Shown here in pieces: positions 12,078-24,954 of a stretch of 64,000 bases of DNA. The stretch covers positions 15,316,001 to 15,380,000 of the forward strand of contig CM075990.1 of the NCBI GenBank assembly GCA_038087875.1. Direction: 5' to 3'. Numbering within the stretch: the first letter of the stretch is position 1; every line of letters starts with the position of its first letter. The notes under the pieces were generated by a model. That model was not told where the DNA came from and did no database searches. It worked only from the letters and a program-made list of their open reading frames with translations. This DNA is from Malacoraja senta (taxonomy: Eukaryota). Both the position numbers and the translations under genes were made by a program.

Positions 12078-12642
12078 TGAATTTCTAGAACTTTGCAATG
12101 TCAAAATTAGCTACCGTGATTGGATGTGTACTAGTAGGAGTAGTGTATTGGGTACATTTTATGATGCATATTTGGTTTGTTGCCTGTTAATTTGGCCTTT
12201 TATGAACTTGGTAAGTTGATAGTTAATTTGGTCTTATGTTGATACCACAACTCTAGGCCCTTGTGTTCATTAGGGAGAGTGATGATGTTATAATCAGACT
12301 TACCCAATCACTGGAACAAACGTTCTATTTAAATGAGTATTTTGCCTCAGGAGGAAGAGTGGTCTCAGATTTCCTGATGCAAATTTGCAACAAAAACCCC
12401 CCATCTCCCATTGGTTAAATAAATTAAGGCCATATTGTACATATTCCAGTGAGTTAAAACTGAAAACTGAAAATGCGCAGATGAGTGAGGGAGTCCAAGA
12501 CAAACTGTGGCTCTGGGTCTGATTCCAGAGTATCAGAGATTCAAACAAAATGATTCAAATGATTGGGTCAACCACTTCTCGATGCAGAGTTCTCAGTAAG
12601 GCCAAGAGAATTTTGTGCAGATAAGGATAAAACTTTCTGGAA

Positions 12643-12727
12643 TAGACACTAAAAACTGGAGTAACTCAGCGGGACAGGCAGCATCTCTGGAGAGAAGGAA
12701 TGGGTGACGTTTCGGGTCGAGGCCCTT
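12643..12727 (-). mobile_element. Penelope pLTR fragment
   Basis: tagacac...ctcagcgggacaggcagcatctctggagagaaggaatgggtgacgtttcgggtcgaggccc. Confidence 0.8.
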
Positions 12728-12877
12728 TGTTCAAAACTTTCTGGGAGTAAATTCTACGGAGAAAGAGAACATTTCCAGAAATTTAGCAAAAGTAAATAGT
12801 AATCACCTGGATTATCTCTAAATGCAACCTTGATATTTTGATATTTGTGGAATATATGCAAACATAGAAGAATGATC

Positions 12878-13620
12878 TTCCATTGCCAGAGTGAGGCCAC
12901 GCGCAAACAACACCTCTTATTCTGCTTCAGTAGTTTACAACCCAATGGTATGAACATTGAATTCTCCAATTTTAGGTAACTAAAGTAGAAACAATACCCC
13001 CCCCCCACTCTTCTCTGTGCCCAACTAGATGGACATCCAGATCTCCCACAATCCCTTCCCGCTTTCCTCTTCCGGCCCCTTCCACCTATATTCCTACGAC
13101 TGCACTTCACGCCTCTTCTCTACTTATCGCACAGGCTTTGGCCTTTTCATCCATGCCCTTTGTCCAACCATCTTCCAATTCAACCCCCTTTCCGCCAGGA
13201 GATAAGTTTAAGGTGAGGGCGGAAAGATTTAATAGGAACTTTTACACACACACAGGGAGCATGGAGCAAGCTGCCAGAGGAGGTGGTTGAGGCAGGTACT
13301 ATTGCAATGTTTAAGAAACATTTAGACAGGTAAATGGATAGGACAGGTTTAGAGGGATATGGGCCAAACACTGACAAGTGGGACTAGTATAGATGGGATA
13401 TTTTGGTCAATGTGGGCAAGCTGGGCCGAAGGGCCTGTTTCCACGCTGTATGACTCTATGGCCTGTATCCACCTATCACTTGTCTGGCTTTTTCCTGCCT
13501 CCACATCACTTCCAGCTTCCCCCCACCCTCTATAATCAATCTGAAGAAGTGTCCTGACCCAAAACATTGCCTATTCATGTCTTCCAGAGATTGTGCCTGA
13601 CCCGCTGAGATATTATAGAA
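12878..13620 (+). mobile_element. Penelope-like element 3' end (GIY-YIG C-terminus, UTR, degenerate hammerhead), interrupted by a CR1 fragment at about 13200-13460
   Basis: 12878-12979 translates FHCQSEATRKQHLLFCFSSLQPNGMNIEFSNFR*. ctgaagaagtgtcctgacccaaaacattg at 13541. Confidence 0.8.
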
Positions 13621-13876
13621 CTTTTGGGGGGGGGGGGGGGGGGGTTTCCTCCAAGAATTAATTTCCCTTTTTTGAAATATCCCATCTCCATCTCCTGAAA
13701 CATTTTTGTTGATTTCCTTCCAATATGAAAGAAATGGCTTTTGCTATTCCTTCTGGAGACCAAAAGGAATTTCTGTATTGAATCTCAGAGGGCTGAGGGA
13801 GGTTTAGTACACTCTGTCCAAAAAGTGATGGAACAACAGCGTGTGGCCAACAAGACGCAAAAGAGGACCATTGCTT

Positions 13877-14530
13877 GAAGATGACAGAAAAGTGCTGGCG
13901 TAACTTAGCAAGTTGGACAGCATCTCAGGAGAACATATTCTCTAGAGGTGTTGCCTGACTGGCTGAGTTACTCTAACATAGACACAAAATGCTGGAGGAA
14001 CTCAGTGGGACAGGCAGCATCTCTGGAGAGAAGGAATGGGCGACGTTTCTAGTCGAGACCCTTCTTCAAACTCAACCCAAAACATCAGAACATCAGAACA
14101 TTTTAGAACGGAGATGAGTAAACACTTTTTCTCACAGAGAGTGGTGAGTCTGTGGAATTCTCTGCCTCAGAGGGCAGTGGAGGCAGGTTCTCTGGATACT
14201 TTCAAGAGAGAACTAGATAGGGCTCTTAAAAATAGCGGAGTCAGGGGATATGGGGAGAAGGCAGGAACGGGGTATTGATTGGGGAAGATCAGCCATGATC
14301 ACATTGAATGGCGGTGCTGGCTTGAAGGGCCAAATGGCCTACTCCTGCACCTATTGTCTATTGTGTATTGTCTTATCACTCATTCCTTCTCTCCAGAGAT
14401 GCTGCATGTCCCACTGAGTTACTCCAGCATTTGTGTTTATCTTTGGTGTAAACCAGCACCTGCAGTTTCTCCCTACATGAATTACTCCAGCACTTTGTGT
14501 CCTTTTGTGTAAGCCAGCATCTGCATTTCC
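13877..14530. mobile_element. Penelope-derived palindromes with a central CR1 3'-end insertion (about 14100-14372, +)
   Basis: pLTR arms flank FRTEMSKHFFSQRVVSLWNSLP...GTGY* and a (ctattgt)n tail. Confidence 0.85.
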
Positions 14531-16159
14531 TTGCATCTACATTGCTTGAAGTGGCTTAGGTGTGTAGCTCCTGGTAATTCCTGGGGTAACTCAGCTGCAG
14601 TAATAAATCCAGCTTTCAAGAACTTTCTTGTTAATGAGTTGGACCATTTTTGTCTCTGGTGGGCTGGGAAGATCATACCATTGGAGAATAAGCATCCAGA
14701 AATAAATCATTAGGATCAGATTTGAATGGATATTCCAGATTCCATTGCCTGATGGATTTTGGAAAGGAATTTGGCAGAGGTTTCTCTGAAGGGATTGATT
14801 AAGTTTGGTGGAATCCATAAAAGATTATGTTGTACAAATGGCTTGTCTTGTAATAATCACTTTTAACTTTTCAGTGAAGGAAACATCTGTTGTGCAATGC
14901 AGAGATATTTCAATGTGTTTCATATTGGAATGCGAGGAAATTCATGCATTGTGATTTCTTGCCTCAAACAATACTTCAGAAGAGCTTGAAAGGTGGACAC
15001 TGGGCTCCCGTTAAGAAAGGGAACCTCGATTATTTTGCCGCACAATGAAAGCTTGATTTATTATGTTCAAAAATATTTCATTCCACAGTCAATGTTGAAT
15101 TTAATGGGAAGCTAGGTTAGTACAAGCGGAATCTACTGTGTTAGGGTGACAATGATTAAGATCGGGGCAGGAGTCGGACAAAACTTAAATGACACAGAGG
15201 AACCATGAAATCTGTGTTTGGCACTGTGAATTGTAAGTAATTTTTTACTTAAAGAGAAAAAAAAATAACTTCTCTGTATTAATTCGTACATTTATCACAA
15301 CCAATAGTTCAAGGACTGCATTTTCCAAAAGGAAATGGTGAATGAATGAGGACATGAAAGGCAGGAAGCAGCAAGACTGAAGTATTGAAGTATTCTGTTA
15401 CCTTCTGATTGTGACCCAGCAGAACGAAAGTTCACATTCCAATATCAAGTTAACAGAAACTTGGTGTTGATAAATATATTTTTTGATTGTATGATGATAA
15501 TCTGGTCAAAATAATTATATCCATGTGCCAGATTAGCTTTGGCACACAAGTAACAACTGTCTAAGTCTAAGTTTCTGTGCACCTTAATTGCTCTGCTTGA
15601 TCTTGGTATAAGACAAATGTTCTACACTGGAGGTAATGTGCTTTAGGTTGATTTGCATCAGAGGGTTGAGCAAAAGAAGCCTATATTCATGAATTGGCTG
15701 AGTTATTAAGTATTTTGGATTGCATCCTATTGCATGAGCAGATGTCATCAACCTTTATTAAGCTCAAAGCATAAATTGCATGGTGACCAACTTGGATTTG
15801 TGCTTTGGAATACATCTGGGTGAAATTGTAGAAATTAATAATGATGAAGGGCATGACAGCCATTGATATTTACTGATAATGCTTCTTATTGAAGAATGAG
15901 CCCACAATTATATGCAGATAAATACCTTGCCGGTCATGCCTTATTGAATTGCCTCTTGGATCAGAATGCCTAGGACGGGTTCAAAGAGAGGTTAGGGATG
16001 CTTCCTGCTCCATCAGCAGGTTTGAATTTCTCTTGAATATCCCCTTCAAATCGGCCCATTCCAAAACTTCCACAGCCTCAATTCCTGGCTGTGGAGTTGA
16101 GGGGGTTTGATCTCCTATGCTAAGCCACTCTTTAGTGCTTAAAAATAGAACAATTAACA

Positions 16160-16297
16160 TCGAAGGTAGACACAAAATGCTGGAGTAACTCAGCGGGACA
16201 GGCAGCATCTCTGGAGAGAAGGAATGGATGACGTTTCGGGTCGAGACCCTTCTTCAGACTCATGGGTGACATTTCGGGTCGAGACCCTTCTTCAGAC
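16160..16297 (-). mobile_element. Penelope pLTR fragment with two tandem hammerhead cores
   Basis: gacgtttcgggtcgagacccttcttcag at 16230-16257 and a second copy at about 16268-16295. Confidence 0.85.
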
Positions 16298-16374
16298 ATC
16301 TTTTTATACAGAGGCATAAATTCATAAACATGTTTATAAGAGTGTTATCAGAAAGCATTAGTACCCTTAGAAAA

Positions 16375-17235
16375 AAGATACAGAGTAACTCCGTAAGAGT
16401 AACTCAGTAAGCCAGGCAACATCTCCAAGGAACATGGATAGGTGAGGTTTTTGGGTCAGGACCCTTCTTCAGACTGATTGTACTTATTTACTGCCTATTA
16501 TGCCTCCTGGCATGAAGGGTAGTAATGAAGGTCCTGTCTGTTCTGGGCTAGCTTCTGGACACTACCCCAGGTCAGGTCCATTGTTTTCATTTCCTCCTCT
16601 ACAGTTCGACGCCAGGTGGTTTTGGGTCTCCCTCTTTTCCTTTTCCCATTCTTGGGATGCTGTCTGGTTCTCACATTCATCCTAGCATCTGTCGATAGCC
16701 CTGGAAGTCCATCACGCCCAATAGTGTTGATTCCTTCAGTTGCTGTTTCCGTAACATATGTGTTTTACGAGACAGGGTTGTTGGCCCTGTGCTCAACCTC
16801 CAACCTGGAGGACCAGTGGATCGCTCTTCGTCTCGCCTCTACCCTTTGACCTGTCCAGCATGGGAGACCCTAACAGGAGACGAATCTCCCGCTGGCATAG
16901 CTCTAGGGGTCACTGAGACACACAAGCTCCCTGACCACGACCAGGTTGCAATCCAACGGGGAGCAGACTGATTGTAGAGAGGGGAAAAACAGCTGGAATG
17001 GAGGAAGGGCAGGACAAAGCAAGGCAGGTAATGAGTCGATGTTACCAGCATGCCAAGCTATGACCTGGCCCCCTCTCTTCCAACTCTCCTTCCCCCCCCC
17101 CACTCCCCACAATCAGTGTGAAGAAAGATCCTGCCCAAAATGTCATCTATCCACGTTCTTGAGATGCTGTCTGACCCTCAAGGTTACTCCATCACTTTGT
17201 TTTTTTTTGGTGAACAAGCTTCTGCAGTTCCTTGT
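16375..17235. mobile_element. Penelope inverted pLTR pair, interrupted by an RTE
   Basis: Left arm ...cccttcttcagactgattgta. Right arm cacaatcagtgtgaagaa...gagatgctgtctgacc. Confidence 0.7.
16483..16963 (-). mobile_element. Internally deleted (bipartite) RTE-clade retrotransposon
   Basis: Perfect 13-bp TSD cagactgattgta (16470-16482, 16964-16976). RTE/BovB-like 5' UTR (gtcgtggtcagggagcttg...agagctatgcc...ggacaggtca...tccactgg) fused to the ORF end GKRKRGRPKTTWRRTVEEEMK. Confidence 0.88.
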
Positions 17236-17522
17236 ATTGGCATCGGTACATTTGCTGTTTTAACATTGCTCTAGAATACCACTTAATGATTAGCCAGGAG
17301 GTTGCGAGACTGAAGCCAAGTAAGAAAGATAGTATTAGTTTTTCTTTTCCCTAGGGCCAATAGCTTGGCATTATATAGTCCACCAGTGATCTCACAATGG
17401 ATGACAGCTAATAATGCAATGTTATTGACCGAAGTTAGCAAGGAATATCTGTCAGTATCTAGTTGGGAAACAGCATGCTATGTTACCAGAATATTCACCA
17501 CTTAAACGTTTAGCTAAGATAG

Positions 17523-17618
17523 GAGGTAGACACAAAAAGCTGGAGTAACTCAGCGGGACAGGCAGCATCTCTGGAGAGAAGGAATGTGTGACGTTTCGGG
17601 TCGAGACCCTTCTTCAGA
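17523..17618 (-). mobile_element. Penelope pLTR fragment with intact hammerhead core
   Basis: gacgtttcgggtcgagacccttcttcag at 17590-17617. Confidence 0.85.
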
Positions 17619-18789
17619 TTGGAGGATTGGAGGATCAGGGCTAGAGTTTTGTTGAGCTACATGCCATTTTTGGCTGCATTACAGAAAATCTCTTCAAACA
17701 GTTGGTCTGTTTTGAAACCTTGTCTCAAGACTGAGCAACACAAACATGACTCTGGTGCCAGCATGTTACAGTGCTTCCTTTGTATCTGTGGAGGACAGTG
17801 AGCATGATGCATATTTTGCACTCCTACATTAGTGTTTTATTGAGCCAAATTTAAGCACTCCATCACTTTCAGATCTGTGTCATGGGTTTACTGAAAATAG
17901 CCAACTTTTGACATCTAGGGCACCGCTGAAAATCAAGTCCTTTGTTTTGCAATTTGCAAGTATACGAGATAAACTGCCCCATCGGGCAGCGCACTTCACA
18001 AAGCTGACAGACCAGCAAATTCATGTTGATGGTAACTGCTACAATTTATTAATCTGAATGGCCACAATTGAGCTGGAAGCTCTAATTAAGGGTGAAAAAA
18101 ATGACATAACTCGCGACGTGATCACATTTTGAAATAACTGCACTTGAAATTATCCTTTGACTTTGTTAACAGCTTCGGTGGGGAAGTGCATGTTTGATTG
18201 CGCCCGGCTCATTCCGTTTTGCAGATGGAATTTAATTTAATTCAGGCTGTAATATTTGATTGTAAACTCTGACTGTGAGATCCCACATGTTCAGAATTTT
18301 CAGCCGCTGTAAATATTTAACTCAGTCAAAAAAGACACTCTGTGCCCTAAAATGGGTGGTTTCATGGAAGGTTTAATTGACCATTTCTGAGACTTTTGGA
18401 AGCGTGCTTTTGTGAACCATGAATTGGAAGTAATCAAGCAATGAGAGGCCATTTGGGAATCTTTGAGGTAGTTATATTTCTTTTTCATATGACGAATGTG
18501 AAATCTTTCTGGTGGCTCTTGAGTTCAGGTTTGGCTTCTGGAGTGGTTGCGAAAATGTTGGGCATGTGCCCTGGTAAATATGGGTGGTGGTCATGTTTGT
18601 TGTTATGTTGCATTCTTTTCAACTTTGTGGCTGTAGTCACAACCAGGACTTTGCGTTGCCATCCGTCTGGGGGAGGATGGGCCATGTCTTGTATGTTCGG
18701 GTTCATATCCAGTTCAAGGCAGCCTATGCATTATGTGGAAGATCTAGCTGAGATATTGATTCCATAGGACAGTGATGAGCCCCCCCTCC

Positions 18790-19038
18790 CCCCGAGTCCA
18801 CGGCCACCAGCGATCTCCGTACAGTAGGCTGTCCTAAACACAAGGGACAATTTACAATTTTTACCGAAGGCAATTAACCTGCAACTCTCTACGCCTTTGA
18901 AGTGTGGGAAGAAATCGGAGCACCCAGGGAAAACCCACGTGGTACAAACTCCTTACAGGCAGCACATGTAGTCAGGATCGTTCCCGGGTCTCTGGTGCTG
19001 CAAGGCAGCAACTCTACCGCTGCGCCACCGTGCCGCCC
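18790..19038 (-). mobile_element. HE1-type SINE
   Basis: Reverse complement of the SINE consensus, ending tgcgccaccgtgccgccc. Confidence 0.85.
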
Positions 19039-19089
19039 TGTGTCCTTTTGTCCATTCATTGTTGGAAAGACTCCATCATTTCTTTTCTA

Positions 19090-19575
19090 ACATCACTCCG
19101 GCCAGGCATGATCATCACCTCCGAAGTGACAAAACAGCTGATCATTCTGGAGCTGACAGCGCCCTGGGAAGGGCGTATTGAAGAGGCTAACCAGAGGAAA
19201 CGCGCAAAGTACCAGGAACTGGTGGAGATGTGCCAGGACAGAGGCTGGAAGACATACTATGAGCCCATAGAGGCGGGCTGTAGAGGCTTTGCAGGACGCT
19301 CACTCTGCCAAGTCCTCAACCAGTTGGGCATTACGGGGCTGGCAAAGAAGAGGGCCATTCAATCCGCAAGCGAAGCCGCAGAGAAAGCCACTAGGTGACT
19401 TTGGATTAAGAGGGCTGATCCGTGGGCAGTTGCTGCTGGGGCCTGATCAACCCCGGCTGGGTCGCCTGGGCGAGGGTGTCTGATGTTGTGAGACTCGAAA
19501 CACCTGATGACCCAGATCACATCACTGAGACTGAGGATGCGTCCCAGCGCATCTAGAAGATGTATCTTTCACACT
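19090..19575 (+). mobile_element. HERO-like non-LTR retrotransposon 3' fragment (restriction-like endonuclease domain), pseudogenised
   Basis: TSLRPGMII...LIILELTAPWEGRIEEANQRKRAKYQEL...GW...PIEAGCRGF...AAEKATR*LWIKR. This is a PD-(D/E)xK RLE signature with RPD changed to RPG and a W-to-stop change at 19396. Confidence 0.85.
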
Positions 19576-20015
19576 AAGAGAATGTTGCCAAGATTCGACG
19601 GGCTGAGCTATAATGAAAGATATAATTGGGAAAGCTAGAACTTTATTCCTTGAAGCCCAGGAAGCTAAGGCGTGAATAAAATCATTAGGTGAATTAGTCT
19701 TTTAGCCAGGGTTGGGGAATAATGAATCAGAGGGCATAGATGTAAGGTGAGATAGGAAAGATTTAATAGGAACCTGAGGGGCAACTCGTTCATTCAATCA
19801 TTGAAGGATATATGGAATGGGCTGCCAGAGGTGGTAGTTAAGGCAGATAATATATCAGCATTTAAAAGACACTTGGACAGATACATGGATAGGAAAAGTT
19901 TAGAGGGATATGGACCAAAACAGGTGTATAGGACTATCGTAGATGGGGCGTCTTGGTCGGCCTGTATGAGGTGGGCTGAAGGGCCTGTTTCCATGCTGTG
20001 TGACTCCAAGACTCA
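19575..20015 (+). mobile_element. CR1 3' fragment (old)
   Basis: WNGLPEVVVKADNISAFKRHLDRYMDRK and a gggcctgtttccatgctg 3' UTR. Confidence 0.85.
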
Positions 20016-20132
20016 ATGATCATTACTGTGCTATGGAGCCTCTCCAAATAATCCTTGATTGATAGCCCTTGGATTAGATACCCCTAGACCTGCATGTCCA
20101 TACATTCATAATGTTACTCCGCCCATTTAATC

Positions 20133-20328
20133 ACAATCACAATCGCAATAATACTTTATTAGCCAAGTATGTTTTGCAACATACGAGGAATTTCATTTGC
20201 CAAGTCAGTCATACAAATAAAAAGCAACAGAACACACAAAACACATTTTAACATAAACATCCACCACAGTGACTCCTCCACATTCCTCACTGTGATGGAA
20301 GGCGAAAAAATGTTAAATCTCTTCCCTT
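20133..20328 (-). mobile_element. Short 3' fragment related to the CpG-rich retroposon
   Basis: Shares catcca..cacag...ctgtgatggaaggc(g/a)aaaaa with 52768-52802, but has a different tail, (gattgt)n. Confidence 0.55.
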
Positions 20329-21253
20329 CATGGCTGATCTATCTTTCCCTCTCAACCCCATTCTCCTCCCTTCACCCCATAACCCCTGACATCTTTACTG
20401 ATCAAGAACCTGTCAAACTGCACCTTAAAAATACCCAATGACTCGACACATTTTCATCAACCCCGCCCCATCAAGTCCTTTTCTTTTCGCTGTCTAATCC
20501 AATTTACCTCTACCATGCATCTCATTTCCTTTTGAAGGCAATGTAATTGATGTGCAATTTATGTTTTGTGTGTTGTCTGAGTTACCTGTGACGTTGCTGC
20601 AAACAGGATTTTCATCGCACACTCCCCTCACACCCCCTATAAGCTTATTCTTATAAAAGTATGTCGTCCCATTAACGTGTGTGCCGTGATCGTGATTCGT
20701 GTGTGGTGAAAAACTGTATTCTCACCATCCTTCCGAGACCTAACTGACTCCTAATCTATGAGTGCGCGCTAGTCTCCTCTAGAAATAGATACACCCCTTC
20801 TATGTATCAAATCCCACCTACAAAAATACAGATAAAAACTAAAATATTAAAAATGTTCGACATGGCTATAATATACTGACTTAAGCTTAATGGCTCCTAC
20901 ACCAACCATACATGTGCATGTGACACTAACCTTGACTCTGCTTGCCTTGTTTCAGCAATGGGCGAACAACAATTACTAGCAGGCTTTTGTTCTTCTTTTT
21001 AATTCCAAAACTATGGTGTGATACAGGTTTAAAATTCTGGACAAAGATTTTGAGGGGGATCTGAGGGAGAAATTACCTTATACGATGAGACCTGGAATTC
21101 TCCACTGATGGGAATGGAATCAATCATTGCCTTCAAAAGAAAATGAGAGGCATGACAGAGGCTTGAGTGTAAGAGCAAGGGCATAGGATGAACAACATAG
21201 CATAGATGTGATGGGCTGAATGGATCCCAACTGTGCTGTAACAGTATTCACTG

Positions 21254-21567
21254 TTTAGTTTAGAGATACTGCAAGGAAACAGACCATTCGGCCCACCAAC
21301 GCCATACTAACCAGCGATCCCCGCACACTAACACTATCCTACTCACACTAGGGACAATTTACATTTACACTCAGCCAATTAACCTACAAACCTGCACGTC
21401 TTTGGAGTGTTGGAGGAAACCAAAGATCTCGTAGAAGGCCGACGCAGGTCACGGGGAGAACGTACAAACTCCGTACAGACAGCATCCGTAGTCGGGATCG
21501 AACCCGGGTTTCTGGCGCTGCAAGCGCTGTAAGGCAGCAACTCTACCGTTGCGCCACCGTGCCACCC
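21254..21567 (-). mobile_element. HE1-type SINE, full length
   Basis: Reverse complement of the SINE consensus. An old CR1 3' end precedes it at about 21020-21245. Confidence 0.9.
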
Positions 21568-24421
21568 ACTGTAGCATTTTGTTCTGAACCTCTGGGGACG
21601 GATAGAGAGTACTCCTGTGGCTTGCAGGAAATCTCACATTACAAATGCTCCTTTCTCGCTGAGTAGGAAGAGTGAGGGGAAATCTGAATGAATGTCTCAT
21701 ATTGTAATTGTTGCTCCACATCGCAAAGTAAAATCTTGCAGGAATGTATGAAACGTGGAGTTTTGTTTCAATGCAATCCAATGCCTAAAAATGAGTTATT
21801 GCTAATGATGATGCTAATAACCACTAAAGATTATGTTTCTTAAGGTAGACTTCAGTGGACCATCTGTCACTGTGTCACTGTGACATTTTCATTTCCTTTT
21901 CCAGATCTCCTTGTGGCCGATTCCATTAAATGCTTCAGATATGATTTTAATTATCCACAGATTCAGAAATTATCTTGTTCTATTGAACTCAATACTTCCC
22001 ATGAGCTCCAGACCCAACTCTTACCACCAACCCATCCCGCTCTGGATTAAACATCATATCTTAGCTACTTTGTATATTCATCACTGACTTATCTTGCTCC
22101 CGGTACTAAATCCTTCCTGGTCCATCCTTCCAGGTTCCTTCCCACACTTCCAATACTTCCAATGGAAGTGAGAAATCTTTAATAAAAAATATGCATCGGT
22201 TCTTTCTTTTACAGACTAAAAGGTGCAATAATGTCTTGCTGCTGGTGTCTATGGCAGTTCTATAAGATGCTTGAGCTGTCTAAGGGCCCGATAGCCTAAC
22301 GTAATCAATAAACTTTGTCTCTTAAACTTTAGTAATTGCTTTGTAAAATAATTTTTCATGAATTTTGAAAATCTAGTTTTGAACCTTGTAGCGGTGGGCA
22401 CCATCACACAAACAGCGCTGGCGTGCAAGATCTTTTCAAGTCAAGTTGAGTTTATTTTTTTTAGGCACAACTATGACGAGGTACAGGTCCAATGAAATAT
22501 CCTTTCCCACTAGTCTCTCACTTTCTCCAAGTTCCATTTCCCTGCCGGGCACTTTGCAACATGTGATGCTAACACACTCACCCAAGCCGTTTTACCCCCA
22601 CATCTGTCACAGCTGCTGCCTCCGTGTCAATAGAGCCCAAGAGCAAGGTATTAATCGTCAGTTAAAACCTACGCACAGAAACCCAATAAGATGAATGCGA
22701 GCCATAGAACGCAAGGTTAGCAGCAACTCAGACTGTGGATTGGAGAACAAAATATTAGCAGCTTCTCGGTTTAAAAAAAAAATCGAGCTGGAAAGTCATG
22801 CAGAGAAAGTAACCTATGAGCAATTTATGTTATAACCGACTGCAGCGTTTAATAACCCTACAATTGATCTAAACCATGTCCTCCAAGTCACCGTGAGCAA
22901 TACCATAGGATGTTCACACATTATTCCCATTATAAATTTCTTCCAGCTCAGGCATGTCATATATTTTGAAATTTCTGCAGTATAGCAATTTATGTAAAAT
23001 GAGCCAATGTGATATTTTATTTCTAATATTTTCTACTTTCACAAATTAATTCTTGCTCAGTTGCTCTGTCTCGGACTTTTCCTTTAAAAGAGAATCCATT
23101 AAACTCCCTCTTATCATCAATCAAAATATCATTTGGGCCTTATTACTCTATTCATTTTTAATCACTTAGTACTTTATGGTGTGGGCAAGGTTCCAGCTTC
23201 TTACAGTGTCACTTCTTTCAGATCCCAACTTCCAAAATAAATCTCCCCAAGGTGCTATAATAGTAGTTAGCTGTGAGCAGAAACCTGACCCTTTTAAATT
23301 TGCTGTGCATATGCTAACAATCCTTTCATCTGCACAATTATTTTTTTTAAAAATATTTTTGGGGTTGTGTTTGCATCTAACTGTGAGAAGGATCTCAATG
23401 CCTTGTGGCAGATCAGAACTCATCTGCTCCTCGTGTTTCCACGCTGGGCCCCACAATCAGACATGATTTATTTGCTGCTGTTACATTTTGGACAACATCT
23501 CTGCCGTTTGTTTGTGTTTCTGTCAAGCCCCAAGATATTTTTTTGGCTTGGACAAACTTTTTTTTTTTTGGAAGAGACTTGCGCTTGAAATACAGCAGAG
23601 CTGAGACGTTTTTGAATAAATTTATAATTGTGAGGATGATGGATGGAGTAGAATTACTGTTCCCAAATGTGCGGTGTCAATTATCCAGCTAATGCACCAA
23701 AAGTAAATACAGATAAAAGGTTTGCTGAATGAGAACCATTCATGCTGATTACTAAATGCAGGATGTCACTCTGGCGGTTTCAGCGTTACGGGAGTACTTT
23801 TACAAGTTTGAAAGGCCTATAACTCATCTGTGGCAAAGTTATGAAGCCTTTCCCACAAGTAAAATAAGCTTTGCTATTCACCCGCATCAGTGCTATGTTC
23901 TTTTGAAGAGTTACTCAATGTGAAAAGCACTAAATTTAGCCTATGGCCTACGCCCTTTGGATTTGCGGTTTTCTCTGTAGTCTCTCCCTCCCCCCGCTTC
24001 CCTGCCTTGGTTTGGACACATTTACTGACTGCTTGTGTGCAGATTAACTAACGTAAATTATTAGGGATTCATCTGAAGAGTTGGTGGCCACATTCACTGA
24101 CACGGTATCTTTAATCCCAGTCTGTTCTGGAGCTGTCAGAGCACTTGGAAACAGACCAAAGTGAGCAAGCGAGGGAGCGTGGATCAAAGCAGCAGCTAAA
24201 TTATGAAGTGTGGGGAAAATCTTAATCCTGCCCTTGACTGGTTGGAGGAAGGTAATGGTAAAGCACAGCATTTACTACCATCTAATTTGAATGCAATTGT
24301 AGGAGGACATTTAACGCACATTTAACCTCATATAACTCCTAGTCATAGAGAGACACAGTATTAAAACAGGCCCTTCGGCCCAGCAACCTTTAAGCAGCCA
24401 TTTGAGCTAATCCTACTCTAA

Positions 24422-24636
24422 AGGGCCTGTCCCACTTTCACGACCTAATTCACGACCTTTTTTACTCGTGGACATTTTTCATCAGGCTAGAAAAACGCCC
24501 CGATCTACTTGATGCCACGAGTACCTACGACTAGCTTCACGGCCTGCTATGACCTACCTACGACCTCGTGACGACCATGCTGCGAGTATGAGTCAAGGGC
24601 AAACTCGGCAGAGGTCGTGAAAGTGGGACAGCCCCT
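24422..24636. mobile_element. PIF/Harbinger MITE
   Basis: TIR agggcctgtcccactttcacgacc / ggtcgtgaaagtgggacagcccct, with a TAA TSD. Inserted in a degenerate SINE. Confidence 0.9.
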
Positions 24637-24954
24637 TAACTCATTTTATTCTCTCTACCTTTCCCATCTAAATTCCTCACAGGATTCTACCACTGATCCA
24701 CACACCAGGGATAATTTACCATGGTCAATGAACCTGCATGACTTTGGCATGTGAGAGGAAACGGGGAGAAGGTGCAAACTGCACGAGACAAGATCCAAGG
24801 TCAGGAACAAGCCCATGTCATTGGAATTGTCTACTAGCTACATGGGTGTGCGACACAAAACTTTTTATGATACTTAAAACCCCACTGTGGCAAGCAATGC
24901 ATTTGTACACCTTCGTGCAATTAAATTTCCTCAGGCAAATGAAACACAATGAAC

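Noticed and set aside
18441..18767. 108-aa and 73-aa ORFs on opposite strands
   Set aside because: No recognisable family; the lengths are compatible with chance.
19475..19510. ctgatg...cgaaac in the HERO 3' UTR as a hammerhead
   Set aside because: The core is CTGATGT (no A9), and there is no convincing stem II or NUH site in the right register.
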